Origin: Desulfuromusa sp.
GTDB lineage: Bacteria > Desulfobacterota > Desulfuromonadia > Desulfuromonadales > Geopsychrobacteraceae
Direction: 5' to 3'
NCBI GenBank assembly: GCA_029932345.1
Contig: JAOZQF010000001.1
Location: 1 to 46,276 of the forward strand
Length of the DNA: 46,276 bases
In this document: positions 9,061 to 18,367 of the stretch, in pieces
Numbering within the stretch: position 1 is the stretch's first letter
Layout of the letters: the number at the start of each line of letters is the position of its first letter
The notes under the pieces: model-generated
Database searches by the model: none
What the model was told of the DNA's origin: nothing
Seen by the model: the letters and a program-made list of their open reading frames with translations, nothing else
Program-made: the position numbers and the translations under genes

Positions 9061-11124
9061 TCATGCAATCCGACGAAAATCAGCTATCCCTTTAAACAGA
9101 CCTGCGACACCGGTTAACAACGCCAGGCGATTATTCTTAACCAACTCATCCTCTACCATCACCATAACACCATCAAAAAATCTATCAACCGGTTGGCGTA
9201 ATCTGGCAATTGTTTCCAACGCCTGAGTGTAATTGCGCTCAGAAATGTATTCTTCCACCCTCCCCTGAACTTCTTGTAAATTTGCAAAAAGCTCTTTCTC
9301 ACACTCTTCACTCAGTAAAGTCGGGTCGACAGGCTGCTCCAAACCACCTTTAATAATATTTCCCACCCGCTTGAACGCAACAGCTAATGGCTCAAAATCA
9401 TCCATCTTCTTCAGAGAAGATAATGCCTTTATCCGTTCAACAGCATCAATCGGTTCCACAAAAGAAGCACTTAAAACCGCATCAATAACGTCTACAGGGT
9501 AGCTTTGAGCCGACAACAGATTGACCAGCCGCAAGCGAATAAATTCAACCACATCAGCCGAAATTTCATCTGCAGTCCGTTGTCGCTTGGTTTCCAACAA
9601 CTGGACACTCTTAGAAACCAAATCGGGGATTGAAATAGTATAGCCGCGATCCATAATGATCGCCAGAATTCCAATCGCGCTGCGACGCAAAGCATAGGGA
9701 TCAGCGGTGCCGGTCGGGATCAATCCAACACTGAAACAACCACAGATCGTGTCGATCTTGTCTGCCAGCGAAATAAAAGCACCGACATCGTCACTTGGCA
9801 GCTCACCACCCGCCTGAATCGGCAGGTAATGTTCATAGATTGCCTTTGCAACCCGAGGTTCCTCCCCCTCTAACAGCGCATACTCACGTCCCATAACCCC
9901 CTGGAGTTCTGGGAACTCATAGACCATCCCGCTTTCAAGATCACATTTAGCCAGAGTTGCTGCACGTTTGGTCAGCTCAATCGTTTGCGGGGCAAATTGC
10001 TGTGCCAAACCAGTAGCCAGCTGAGTAAAGCGTTCCACCTTTTCAAAACTGGTTCCCAGTTTAGCTTGATAAACAACTTTTTTTAGCGACTCAAGACGTG
10101 TCTCCAGCTTACTTTTCTGATCTTCACGCCAGAAAAACATCGCATCGGAGAGGCGTGCTTTGAGAACCCGTTCATTCCCGGCAACCACCACTGTGGGATC
10201 TTTTGCCAAGGTGTTGGCGATAGTGATGAAGTGGGGAAGGAGTTGACCCTGCTCATCAATCAGCGTGAAGTAACGCTGATGTTCACGCATGCTGGTAATC
10301 AATAGTTCGGCTGGAAGCTGAAGAAAACGTGCTTCAATTGTCCCGGCAAGTGCTTGTGGTGTCTCAACCAGAAAACAGACCTCGGCAAGAAGATCCTCAT
10401 CGGGATTGATTCTCCCCCCTAATTGTTTGGCGAGGACTTCAAGCTGCTCTTCGATCAGTTTCCGCCGCTTTTCAACCTGTGGAATAACATAGTGCTGCTC
10501 AGCTTGAGCAATATAGTCTGTCGCACCACGAACCGTGAATTCTCCGGGAGCCATAAAGCGATGGCCACGCGAAAGGTTACCACTTTGCAGATCACCGAAG
10601 GTGAAGGGGATGATGTCACCGCCGTAGGTTGCAACAATCCAATGGAGAGGTCTGACAAAACGGATGTCCAGGTCTTTCCAGCGCATCGATTTTTTAAACG
10701 GTATTTTACCAATCATACGAGGCAAAATTTCCATTAACTGGTCAACCGACTTCCCCCCTTCGACAACCTTGGACAAGAACAGGTACTCACCTTTTTCAGT
10801 TTTAATGGTACTCAAGTCAGCAACACTGACACCATTGGTCCGGGCAAAACCCTCTGCGGCTTTGGTCGGTTTACCGTCAGCATCAAAAGCAATTCTGAGC
10901 GGGGGACCACTCAATTTCAGCTCTTGACGTTGCTGTTTTCCGGCAACATCAGCGATTGAAATTGCTAAACGTCGCGGGGTCGCAAAAGTACGGATCTCGC
11001 CATAGCTAATACGAGCGGCGGCCAGTTCCTGACCGAGTAGTCGTTTGATATCATCCAGGGCACGCGGGATAAATCCAGCGGGAATCTCTTCGGTACCCAG
11101 CTCAAGAAATAATTCTGCAGACAT
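9061..11124 (-). CDS. glyS: Glycine-tRNA ligase beta subunit
   Basis: LELGTEEIPA, TPRRLA, HQRYF, EFPELQGVMG, TADPYALRR, NNRLALL. ATG 11124 after GGAG preferred over track 11136. Confidence 0.97.
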   Translation of the reverse strand: MSAELFLELGTEEIPAGFIPRALDDIKRLLGQELAAARISYGEIRTFATPRRLAISIADVAGKQQRQELKLSGPPLRIAFDADGKPTKAAEGFARTNGVSVADLSTIKTEKGEYLFLSKVVEGGKSVDQLMEILPRMIGKIPFKKSMRWKDLDIRFVRPLHWIVATYGGDIIPFTFGDLQSGNLSRGHRFMAPGEFTVRGATDYIAQAEQHYVIPQVEKRRKLIEEQLEVLAKQLGGRINPDEDLLAEVCFLVETPQALAGTIEARFLQLPAELLITSMREHQRYFTLIDEQGQLLPHFITIANTLAKDPTVVVAGNERVLKARLSDAMFFWREDQKSKLETRLESLKKVVYQAKLGTSFEKVERFTQLATGLAQQFAPQTIELTKRAATLAKCDLESGMVYEFPELQGVMGREYALLEGEEPRVAKAIYEHYLPIQAGGELPSDDVGAFISLADKIDTICGCFSVGLIPTGTADPYALRRSAIGILAIIMDRGYTISIPDLVSKSVQLLETKRQRTADEISADVVEFIRLRLVNLLSAQSYPVDVIDAVLSASFVEPIDAVERIKALSSLKKMDDFEPLAVAFKRVGNIIKGGLEQPVDPTLLSEECEKELFANLQEVQGRVEEYISERNYTQALETIARLRQPVDRFFDGVMVMVEDELVKNNRLALLTGVAGLFKGIADFRRIA

Positions 11125-11168
11125 ATGTTTCTCCAAATTTGATCATCAACCAGCAAATCGCTGGGGAT

Positions 11169-12041
11169 TCAACCCTTTTTCAGCAGCGGGAAACCAAGTT
11201 TTTCACGTTGTTTAACGTAACCCTCTGCACACAACTTTGACATAGTCCGCACCCGGCCAATATAACCGGCTCGCTCGGTCACTGAAATAGCACCGCGCGC
11301 ATCAAGCAGATTGAAGGTGTGCGACCCCTTGAGAACAAAATCATAAGCCGGGAAAACCAGCTCTTTTTCTATTAAACGGAGAGACTCTTTTTCATACATA
11401 TCGAACAACTGAAAAAGCATCTCGGTATCAGCTTCCTCAAAATTGTAGTGTGAGAATTCAACCTCGGTCTGGTGGTGGATATCTCCATATTTGATCCCGT
11501 CCGTCCATTCCAGATCATAAACGTTATCGACTCCCTGAAGGTACATCGCGATCCGCTCACAGCCATAAGTAATTTCACCTGAAATTGGACTCAGATCAAT
11601 ACCGCCACACTGTTGGAAATAGGTAAATTGAGTGATTTCCATCCCATCCAGCCAAACCTCCCAACCGAGCCCCCAGGCTCCCAGGGTTGGCCCCTCCCAG
11701 TTATCTTCGACAAAGCGGATATCGTGTGCCAGAGGATCAATACCAAAGCTTTTAAGGGAATTGAGATAAAGATCCTGAATATTCTGCGGTGAAGGTTTCA
11801 AGATAACCTGAAATTGGTAGTAGTGCTGCAACCGATTCGGATTCTCCCCGTACCGACCGTCAGTGGGACGGCGTGACGGCTCGACGTAAGCAACGTTCCA
11901 GGGCTCTGGACCAAGGGCACGTAAAAAGGTAGCCGGATTAAAGGTCCCTGCCCCCTTTTCAATATCGTAGGGTTGCTGAATTATGCAACCCTGTTCAGCC
12001 CAATAGTTCTGCAATGAAAGGATTAAATTCTGAAAATTCAC
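11169..12041 (-). CDS. glyQ: Glycine-tRNA ligase alpha subunit
   Basis: [52 protein letters not shown] start 12041 after GGAGG (track start 12062). Confidence 0.97.
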   Translation of the reverse strand: MNFQNLILSLQNYWAEQGCIIQQPYDIEKGAGTFNPATFLRALGPEPWNVAYVEPSRRPTDGRYGENPNRLQHYYQFQVILKPSPQNIQDLYLNSLKSFGIDPLAHDIRFVEDNWEGPTLGAWGLGWEVWLDGMEITQFTYFQQCGGIDLSPISGEITYGCERIAMYLQGVDNVYDLEWTDGIKYGDIHHQTEVEFSHYNFEEADTEMLFQLFDMYEKESLRLIEKELVFPAYDFVLKGSHTFNLLDARGAISVTERAGYIGRVRTMSKLCAEGYVKQREKLGFPLLKKG

Positions 12042-12108
12042 ATGACCTCCAAAAAAAGACAAAACCTGCCATAAAAAAGCGGTAATTTAGATGCAAAATA
12101 GAAACGCG

Positions 12109-12137
12109 AGTTTAGCTTTCACCTCTCGAGATGTCAA
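12109..12137 (-). promoter_or_regulatory. Sigma70 promoter for glyQS(-ppdK)
   Basis: Minus strand TTGACA-17 nt-TAAACT about 70 nt upstream of the glyQ GTG. Confidence 0.7.
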
Positions 12138-12146
12138 GATTCACTA

Positions 12147-12308
12147 GGAGGTTGTCGGGCTTTCGGGCCGTAGTGAGAAGATGACTGTTCAAGGGCAGAT
12201 TTTTGATCGTTTGAGAGCGAATAGCCGTAGCTATTTGTCGAAAAGGATCGGAGATATGAACCGAACAGGCGTTTTCACAGTAGGTTCCGGTAAAGCCCTA
12301 CAGGCTCC
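12147..12308 (+). repeat. 162-bp palindromic dispersed element, type A copy 1 (MITE/REP-like or structured RNA)
   Basis: Ends GGAGGTTGTCGGGCTTT / AAAGCCCTACAGGCTCC (14/17 inverted match); homologous and equal in length to 14650-14811; apical hairpin GAATAGC-CGTA-GCTATTT. Confidence 0.85.
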
Positions 12309-12309
12309 C

Positions 12310-12470
12310 AGTGTCCCGTGCTGTTAGTCCATTTGGTTAATTCTGAGCAATTTTGGCTGATGTCAAGGCGCGTCGACGCAGGTCTAGCCAAAGCTAAGCC
12401 GAGGAGGCGCAACGTAGACAGCAGACAAAAGGGCCAGAATTAATAGATGGAATTAGCCGCATGGGACACT
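12310..12470 (+). repeat. 161-bp palindromic element, type B (MITE-like), abutting type A copy 1
   Basis: Ends AGTGTCCCGTGC / GCATGGGACACT; internal arms TTAATTCTG/CAGAATTAA; apical TAGC-CAAA-GCTA. Single copy in window. Confidence 0.7.
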
Positions 12471-12473
12471 TGG

Positions 12474-13217
12474 TCAAAGTTGGGAAAGAAACTTAAGTGA
12501 TTTTGGCTCTCTCGGTAGAATTTGTTGCAGCACCTGGGTGAGGATCAAATTCCCCTGTTGGAGGGTTTTTGGACTGAAGGAAAACCCTTCAAACTGCCGG
12601 TGTGTGATTTTGAGGGTGCGGGCCAACGATCCAACTGTCCCGAGGTCAATAGAAACACCAGTGAGTCCAGCACAATCAAGACAGAGGCTGCCGCCACGGT
12701 TAGCATCAAAGCGGATCGCTTCATCAGCAAAGATCTTCAGACAATCACTACAATGAAGAAGATGGGGCATATAACCCAACAGATAAACCAGACGTAACTC
12801 AAATAGCAACCTTGCACTTAAATCATCACCCCCCTGATCAAGGGAGTCAAGAAAGCTACAGAGGAGCTCATAAATAAGTTGGGATGGTTCCCCCTCCTCC
12901 AGCAGGAGAGAAACCAATTCAACGCCGTAGCTCGCGAGAGCCAAACGCTGCAAATCACCGCGCAAACCAAAGCGAGAGTTAAGCAGCTCGGCATCCTGCA
13001 GCAACAAAAAAGCTCCCCGCCCTCTCTTCCACTGAAAGATGGCCTGGGTAAAAGGGTCAAGAACAGCACCAAAACGTTTGCGGCTTTTACGTGCTGCCTT
13101 GGCAAACCCTTTCAATAACCCATATTCAGCGGTGAAAAGAGTTAGAATCATATCAGACTCACCATAGTTAGTATGTTGCAAAACTATGGCTTCGCAGCGT
13201 TGCGAAATGTGTCCCAT
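12474..13217 (-). CDS. recO: DNA repair protein RecO
   Basis: YGESDMILTLFT..G..KGFAKAARKSRKRFG, FELRL..LLGY.P, CSDC/CLDC zinc finger; typical position before glyQS. Confidence 0.95.
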   Translation of the reverse strand: MGHISQRCEAIVLQHTNYGESDMILTLFTAEYGLLKGFAKAARKSRKRFGAVLDPFTQAIFQWKRGRGAFLLLQDAELLNSRFGLRGDLQRLALASYGVELVSLLLEEGEPSQLIYELLCSFLDSLDQGGDDLSARLLFELRLVYLLGYMPHLLHCSDCLKIFADEAIRFDANRGGSLCLDCAGLTGVSIDLGTVGSLARTLKITHRQFEGFSFSPKTLQQGNLILTQVLQQILPREPKSLKFLSQL

Positions 13218-13273
13218 AACTTCCTATAGACTCAAAAAGGGAAATTAATCCAAAGGGGAGAGCTTAGCTTCCG

Positions 13274-14635
13274 TCACGGCGTAAGGTACGGTAGAAATAG
13301 AGTAGCAGCACTGAAATAGATCAGAATACCGGTAATGTCGTTCACTGTCTGAACAATTGGGCTGGAAGCAATAGCGGGGTCGATCCCAACTTTTTTGAAA
13401 AAAGCTGTCACTAAAACCCCCATACAAGCAGCGACAGTAATCGCTGTCACCATCGCAACGCCAACGACAACACCAAAATAAACATTCTGATGCCAGACAG
13501 CAGCAACCAGGGCAATAGTTAAACCACAAACGATTCCCATGATCAGCCCGACTCTCAGTTCCTTCAGGAAAATCCGCCGAATCATCGAAAAATCAACCCG
13601 ACCTGTCGCAAAACCCCGTACCAAGATTGTAGACGTCTGACTGCCGACATTTCCCCCCATCCCAGTGATTACGGGAATGAAGGAGATCAGCATAATGGCT
13701 TGCTCCAGCGTCGTTCTAAAGCCCCACATCAAGGTCCCGGTAACAACACCGCCAACCAATGTGGTCAACAACCAGGGTAACCGGAGTCGGGCGATTTTCA
13801 GCGAGTTAAAACCGAGCAGCATCTCTTCTTCGCTGGTACCAGCCATCCGCAGAATATCTTCGGTGGCCTCATCGCGCATGACATCGATAACATCATCAAC
13901 CGTAATTAATCCGAGTAATTTACCCTGATCATCGACAACCGGAATTGCCAGGATGTTATATTTAGCAACCAGATCAGCGACCTCTTCCTGATCCATATCT
14001 GCCCGAACTCGCATCACATTAGTGGACATGATATCAGCTAATTTTGTCGCCGGTGGAACCGTCAATAGCTGTCGCAGGGACAACACCCCGACAAGATGGT
14101 TGTGCTCATCGGTGACATAAACATAGAAAACCATTTCATAGTCTTCTGAATCCTGAAGCGCTTCTATCGCCTGTCTGACGGTAATTTCCTGATCAAGAGA
14201 AAAAACGTCCGTCGACATAATACTACCGGCGGTCTCTTCATCATAACCGAGCAGGTGTTCAACATCTTCCGATTGATCATCATGCAACTGGGTAAGTATT
14301 TCTTCCGCCAGATCCTGAGGCAAACTGCGGAGAAAAACAGCACTATCATCGTCAGCCATTTCACGTACGATAGAAATCAGGTAATCTCTATCAAGCAGTT
14401 CTGCAATTTTGGGCCACGAATCCGGTTCCAGCTCAGCTAAAACATCGGCAACACGATCGAGGCCAGGAGTGAGTTCGAGGAGAATTTTTTGTTCAGGAAG
14501 TTCAAAATAACGGAATAGATGTGCAATATCTGCAGGATGAATCTTAGCGAGCGCCTTTTTAAGATTCGTGGTCGCTCCGCGACGCAGCAGTTTACTAACA
14601 GTGGTCTGTAAAACCTGCATTTTCTGTTCATGCAT
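13274..14635 (-). CDS. mgtE: Magnesium transporter MgtE
   Basis: HPADIA N-domain, tandem CBS domains (TAGSIM, G.ITVDDVID), RLPWL, GMGGNVGSQ, DPAIASSP..TVND. Confidence 0.96.
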   Translation of the reverse strand: MHEQKMQVLQTTVSKLLRRGATTNLKKALAKIHPADIAHLFRYFELPEQKILLELTPGLDRVADVLAELEPDSWPKIAELLDRDYLISIVREMADDDSAVFLRSLPQDLAEEILTQLHDDQSEDVEHLLGYDEETAGSIMSTDVFSLDQEITVRQAIEALQDSEDYEMVFYVYVTDEHNHLVGVLSLRQLLTVPPATKLADIMSTNVMRVRADMDQEEVADLVAKYNILAIPVVDDQGKLLGLITVDDVIDVMRDEATEDILRMAGTSEEEMLLGFNSLKIARLRLPWLLTTLVGGVVTGTLMWGFRTTLEQAIMLISFIPVITGMGGNVGSQTSTILVRGFATGRVDFSMIRRIFLKELRVGLIMGIVCGLTIALVAAVWHQNVYFGVVVGVAMVTAITVAACMGVLVTAFFKKVGIDPAIASSPIVQTVNDITGILIYFSAATLFLPYLTP

Positions 14636-14649
14636 AAAAAAGCCTAACA

Positions 14650-14811
14650 GGAGGTTGCCGGGCTTTGAGAATTAGAACGAGAAATCGACTGTTCAAGGGA
14701 AGATTTTCGTAGATTTAAGAGCGAATAGCACCGCTATTTGTCGAAAATATACGAAAATATGCACCGAACAGGCGGTTTCGTAGCTAATTCTGGTAAAGTC
14801 CTAGAGTCTCC
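14650..14811 (+). repeat. 162-bp palindromic dispersed element, type A copy 2, inside the predicted mgtE leader
   Basis: Shares GGAGGTTGyCGGGCTTT, GACTGTTCAAGGG, AGAGCGAATAGC, GCTATTTGTCGAAAA, ACCGAACAGGCG, GGTAAAG and CTCC with 12147-12308. Confidence 0.85.
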
Positions 14812-14843
14812 TCAACAAAAAAATAGGAAGTTACTGCAGATGA

Positions 14844-14872
14844 AAAGTAGCATTCTGCCCAGACAGAGTCAA
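14844..14872 (-). promoter_or_regulatory. Putative sigma70 promoter for mgtE-recO
   Basis: Minus strand TTGACT-17 nt-TACTTT with extended -10 TG, just downstream of the rplQ terminator. Confidence 0.55.
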
Positions 14873-14888
14873 CGTGTAGGCGACAACA

Positions 14889-14933
14889 GAAACAAAAACA
14901 GGGGGCAAAGAAATAATTCTCTGCCCCCTGTTT
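14889..14933 (-). terminator. Rho-independent terminator ending the ribosomal superoperon
   Basis: Minus strand AAACAGGGGGCAGAGAA-loop-TTCTTTGCCCCCTGTTTTTGTTT about 20 nt after the rplQ stop. Confidence 0.88.
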
Positions 14934-14953
14934 AAATAATTATAAAACCGGTC

Positions 14954-15391
14954 TTAAGCTGTAGCTGAATCAGCCGTTTTTTCGGCAACAACCTCAGCCG
15001 AAGCATCGGTATCATCCTTCTGCTTAGCCTCAAAACCTTCCTCAACCAACTCGATAACTGCCATCGGCGCATTATCTCCCTGGCGATTCTCAAGCTTGAT
15101 AATTCTGGTATAGCCTCCGGGACGATTTGTATAGCGTGGTGCAATCATCTCAAACAGCTTGACGACAATGTTCTGATCATGGATCACCCGAAGCACTTGA
15201 CGCCTGGCATGAAGATCACCGCGTTTACCCAGAGTAATCATTTTATCAATTAACTTACGTAGTTCTTTAGCCCGGGTCACCGTTGTAATGATTCGCTCAT
15301 GCTCGAAAAAAGAGGTCACCATATTCTGCATCATATGTTGGCGATGATCAGGCTTACGGCCGAGGCGTCTGCCAGATTTATTGTGGCGCAT
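14954..15391 (-). CDS. rplQ: 50S ribosomal protein L17
   Basis: [29 protein letters not shown]. Confidence 0.98.
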   Translation of the reverse strand: MRHNKSGRRLGRKPDHRQHMMQNMVTSFFEHERIITTVTRAKELRKLIDKMITLGKRGDLHARRQVLRVIHDQNIVVKLFEMIAPRYTNRPGGYTRIIKLENRQGDNAPMAVIELVEEGFEAKQKDDTDASAEVVAEKTADSATA

Positions 15392-15431
15392 TGTTTTTGT
15401 TCCTTTCTAAAAAACTAAACAAAGGGAGAGA

Positions 15432-16442
15432 CTATTCGTCATCATGACCCTTTTGAATCAATTTCAAATAATCCGGATCGGGGAAATTATCCAGTTTAAC
15501 GCCGAGACCCAATCCCATATCAACCAGAATATCCTTGATTTCGTTCAGAGACTTCCTGCCGAAGTTTTGGGTTTTCAACATTTCTGCTTCTGATTTCTGT
15601 ACCAGTTCACCGATCAGATTGATCTGTGCATTCTTCAAACAGTTGGCACTACGAACCGATAGCTCAAGTTCTTCAACTGATCGATAAAGATTTTCATTGA
15701 TTTTATGCTTTTCAGTGTTCTCTTCTTCGATAACAGGTTCCTCTGTCTCATCGAAGTTGATGAAGATCTGCAATTGCTCCTTGTAAATTTTGGCAGCATA
15801 GGCAAGAGCATCTTCAGGCTTAACGCTCCCGTCCGTATTAATCTCCAGAGACAACTTATCATAATCGGTGATCTGTCCAACCCGCGCATTTGAGACGTTG
15901 TAATTGACTTTGGCAATCGGAGAAAAAATAGCATCGATTGGAATTGTCCCGACCGGAGCAGTATCATCACGATTTTTCTCAGCAAAAACATAACCTTTAC
16001 CCATAGCGACAGTCATGTCAACTTCAAGGTCAGTCTCGTCACCACAGGTTGCAATGTGATGATCAGGGTTCAAAATTTCAACATTGTTGTCGGTGATAAT
16101 ATCTCCAGCCGTGACAATTCCCGCACCCTTACGCACAATGCGCACATTACGAGGATCATGACCGTGTAAAAGGATTTTCACACCTTTTAAATTCAGGATG
16201 ATGTCGGTAACATCTTCAGTAACACCAACAACACTTGAGAACTCATGCTGAACATTTTTAATCCGTACCGAGGTAATTGCTGCCCCTTGTAAAGATGACA
16301 AAAGAATACGGCGCAAAGAGTTGCCAAGAGTTGTACCAAACCCGCGCTCAAATGGTTCAGCAACAAATTTACCGTAAGTCTCGGTCAATTCAGTCGCTTC
16401 CAACCGCATTGGCTTAATCAGCTCTCTCCAATTTTTGTACAT
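15432..16442 (-). CDS. rpoA: RNA polymerase alpha subunit
   Basis: [41 protein letters not shown]. Confidence 0.99.
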   Translation of the reverse strand: MYKNWRELIKPMRLEATELTETYGKFVAEPFERGFGTTLGNSLRRILLSSLQGAAITSVRIKNVQHEFSSVVGVTEDVTDIILNLKGVKILLHGHDPRNVRIVRKGAGIVTAGDIITDNNVEILNPDHHIATCGDETDLEVDMTVAMGKGYVFAEKNRDDTAPVGTIPIDAIFSPIAKVNYNVSNARVGQITDYDKLSLEINTDGSVKPEDALAYAAKIYKEQLQIFINFDETEEPVIEEENTEKHKINENLYRSVEELELSVRSANCLKNAQINLIGELVQKSEAEMLKTQNFGRKSLNEIKDILVDMGLGLGVKLDNFPDPDYLKLIQKGHDDE

Positions 16443-16484
16443 ATATTAATTCTCCCTCTCAAGATACCCTGATGAGGTTAACAA

Positions 16485-17114
16485 TTATTTAGAGTATAGT
16501 TCGACGATAAGTTGCTCTTGGAACTCAGGCATTGTCAATTCACTACGTACCGGCAGTGTTTTGATCACCCCTTTAAATGCATCACGTTCCAGTTCCACCC
16601 ATGATGGGAGACCACGGCGCATGACACTATCCATGGACTCGTTAATGCAGGCCACCTCGCGACTCTTTTCACGCAACGTAACGACATCGTTAGGGCGCAC
16701 CAGGTAAGATGGAATATTGACTTTTTGCCCATTAACCTGAAAATGGCCATGACGGACTAAAGTCCGTGCCTGAGCTCTGGATACCGAAAAACCCAATCGA
16801 TAAATTGCATTATCAAGACGGCGCTCAAGAAGAATCAGAAGATTCTCACCCGTGACCCCCTTCATCCGATCTGCTTTGGTAAAATAGAGTCGAAACTGTT
16901 TTTCCTGCAAACCATAAGTACGTTTCATCTTTTGCTTTTCACGCAACTGGGTACCGTAATCTGTAACCTTGGTACGACGCTGACCGTGCTGTCCCGGGCC
17001 ATAATTACGACGCTCCAAAGCACATTTATCGGTATAGCATCTGTCCCCTTTCAGGAACAGCTTAGCATTTTCTCTTCTGCACTGACGGCAGACCGGACCA
17101 GAGTATCTAGACAA
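16485..17114 (-). CDS. rpsD: 30S ribosomal protein S4 (Zn-binding type)
   Basis: CRQC..C..C, QLREKQK, LERRLDN, IVELYSK; TTG start. Confidence 0.98.
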   Translation of the reverse strand: MSRYSGPVCRQCRRENAKLFLKGDRCYTDKCALERRNYGPGQHGQRRTKVTDYGTQLREKQKMKRTYGLQEKQFRLYFTKADRMKGVTGENLLILLERRLDNAIYRLGFSVSRAQARTLVRHGHFQVNGQKVNIPSYLVRPNDVVTLREKSREVACINESMDSVMRRGLPSWVELERDAFKGVIKTLPVRSELTMPEFQEQLIVELYSK

Positions 17115-17132
17115 CTTTTTTCTCCTTAATGA

Positions 17133-17528
17133 TTAAACGCGACGACGCTTGGGCGGACGACAACCGTTATGCGGTATCGGTGTTACGTCCTTTATCATAG
17201 TGACTGTCAAGCCTGCCAGAGAGAGAGCGCGCAAAGCTGATTCACGACCACTTCCTGGACCTTTTACATATGCCTCGACAGAACGCATACCATGTTCCAT
17301 AGCTTTAGTTGCGGCATCCTCTGCTGCTATCTGTGCTGCGAATGGGGTACTTTTCCGTGAACCTTTGAACCCTTTCGTTCCAGAGGTGGACCACGCAACA
17401 ACGTTACCCACTGGGTCACAAATAGTCACAATAGTATTATTAAAGGTGGATTGTATGTGGACAACACCCTTAGCAATATTTTTCTTCGCAACTTTTTTAC
17501 GTACGACTTTTTTACCTGATTTAGCCAT
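17133..17528 (-). CDS. rpsK: 30S ribosomal protein S11
   Basis: [34 protein letters not shown]. Confidence 0.99.
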   Translation of the reverse strand: MAKSGKKVVRKKVAKKNIAKGVVHIQSTFNNTIVTICDPVGNVVAWSTSGTKGFKGSRKSTPFAAQIAAEDAATKAMEHGMRSVEAYVKGPGSGRESALRALSLAGLTVTMIKDVTPIPHNGCRPPKRRRV

Positions 17529-17541
17529 AACTTAACTCCGC

Positions 17542-17910
17542 TTATTTTTTCTTACCGGCAACAGTCTTCTTCGGTCCCTTACGAGTCCGTGAATTATTCT
17601 TGGTATTCTGACCGCGCACTGGTAAACCTCTACGATGACGCAAACCACGATAACAGCCAAGATCCATCAAGCGCTTGATATTCATCGTCAGTTCACGTCG
17701 CAAGTCACCTTCAACGTTGCAATCTTTGTCGACAAGCTCACGAATTTTAACCAGTTCGGACTCGGTCAAATCATCGGTCCGGGCATCAAAATCAACGCCA
17801 GCCTGCGAAAGAATATTTTGCGATGTAGTGCGACCAATTCCGTAGATATAGGTCATAGCCACTTCAATACGCTTGTTTCTCGGTAAATCGACTCCAGCAA
17901 TACGTGCCAA
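17542..17910 (-). CDS. rpsM: 30S ribosomal protein S13
   Basis: [24 protein letters not shown]; TTG start. Confidence 0.99.
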   Translation of the reverse strand: MARIAGVDLPRNKRIEVAMTYIYGIGRTTSQNILSQAGVDFDARTDDLTESELVKIRELVDKDCNVEGDLRRELTMNIKRLMDLGCYRGLRHRRGLPVRGQNTKNNSRTRKGPKKTVAGKKK

Positions 17911-17926
17911 TTTTTCCTCCTAGGGT

Positions 17927-18040
17927 TTATCCCTGTCTTTGCTTGTGTTTAGGGTTCTCACAGATAATCCGGATAACACCTTTACGCTTAACAACCTTAC
18001 ATTTGTCACAGATCTTCTTAACCGAAGCTCTAACCTTCAT
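17927..18040 (-). CDS. rpmJ: 50S ribosomal protein L36 (Zn-binding type)
   Basis: Below ORF-track cutoff; manual translation [37 protein letters not shown]. Confidence 0.97.
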   Translation of the reverse strand: MKVRASVKKICDKCKVVKRKGVIRIICENPKHKQRQG

Positions 18041-18149
18041 TTTGAGATCCTTTTCCTATTATTTCCATCGAACAACAGTGATAATTTCAATATTTCTTCT
18101 GCTTTAAAACCGGGTTAGTCCTTCTGACCCAATCTCAGTAGCTAACTGG

Positions 18150-18366
18150 GTCATTAAGCGAAGCACAAATAGTAAAAGGAAAGCCACCGTAACCCTTGAA
18201 AGCCGGTTTAGCCTTCCATTTGATACATTGTTCTTCAGCAAACTGATCTAACTCGAGCAGTGTAACTCCAGGTCAAATTTTTTCACGAAGCTATTGCGGA
18301 ACATAGCAATCATTCACCCGGCAGCACACATTTTTTAATCTCAGAACGCGACTTTATAACAATCAA
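18150..18366 (-). pseudogene. map: Methionine aminopeptidase pseudogene (5' ~70 codons only)
   Basis: Across two frameshifts reads LIVIKSRSEIK/MCAAG*MIA/VPQ*LREKI*PGVTLLELDQFAEEQCIKWKAKPAFKGYGGFPFTICASLND, a MetAP N-terminus in the usual adk-map-rpmJ slot; remainder absent. Confidence 0.9.
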
Positions 18367-18367
18367 C

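Noticed and set aside
11150-11164. Small hairpin CCAGC-AAATC-GCTGG between glyQ and glyS
   Set aside because: Only a 5-bp stem with no U-tract; expected by chance
12042-12470. T-box or glycine riboswitch upstream of glyQS
   Set aside because: A strong promoter at 12109-12137 leaves only a ~60-nt leader, no T-box motif (AAGGTGGAACC-like) was seen, and the long gap is explained by the two palindromic elements
12147-12470. 6S RNA or CRISPR array
   Set aside because: Rod shape is 6S-like, but the elements are multicopy with terminal inverted repeats and lack a large central bubble; there are no regularly spaced direct repeats with unique spacers and no cas genes
14650-14811. M-box (ykoK) Mg2+ riboswitch upstream of mgtE
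   Set aside because: Size and position fit, but the consensus is not recognisable, a homologue occurs away from mgtE, and the G-T pairing favours the opposite strand
14738-14935. 65-aa + strand ORF in the mgtE-rplQ gap
   Set aside because: TTG start without SD; runs through the repeat, promoter and terminator; no recognisable protein features
17904-18107. 67-aa + strand ORF between rpsM and adk
   Set aside because: Antisense shadow of rpmJ
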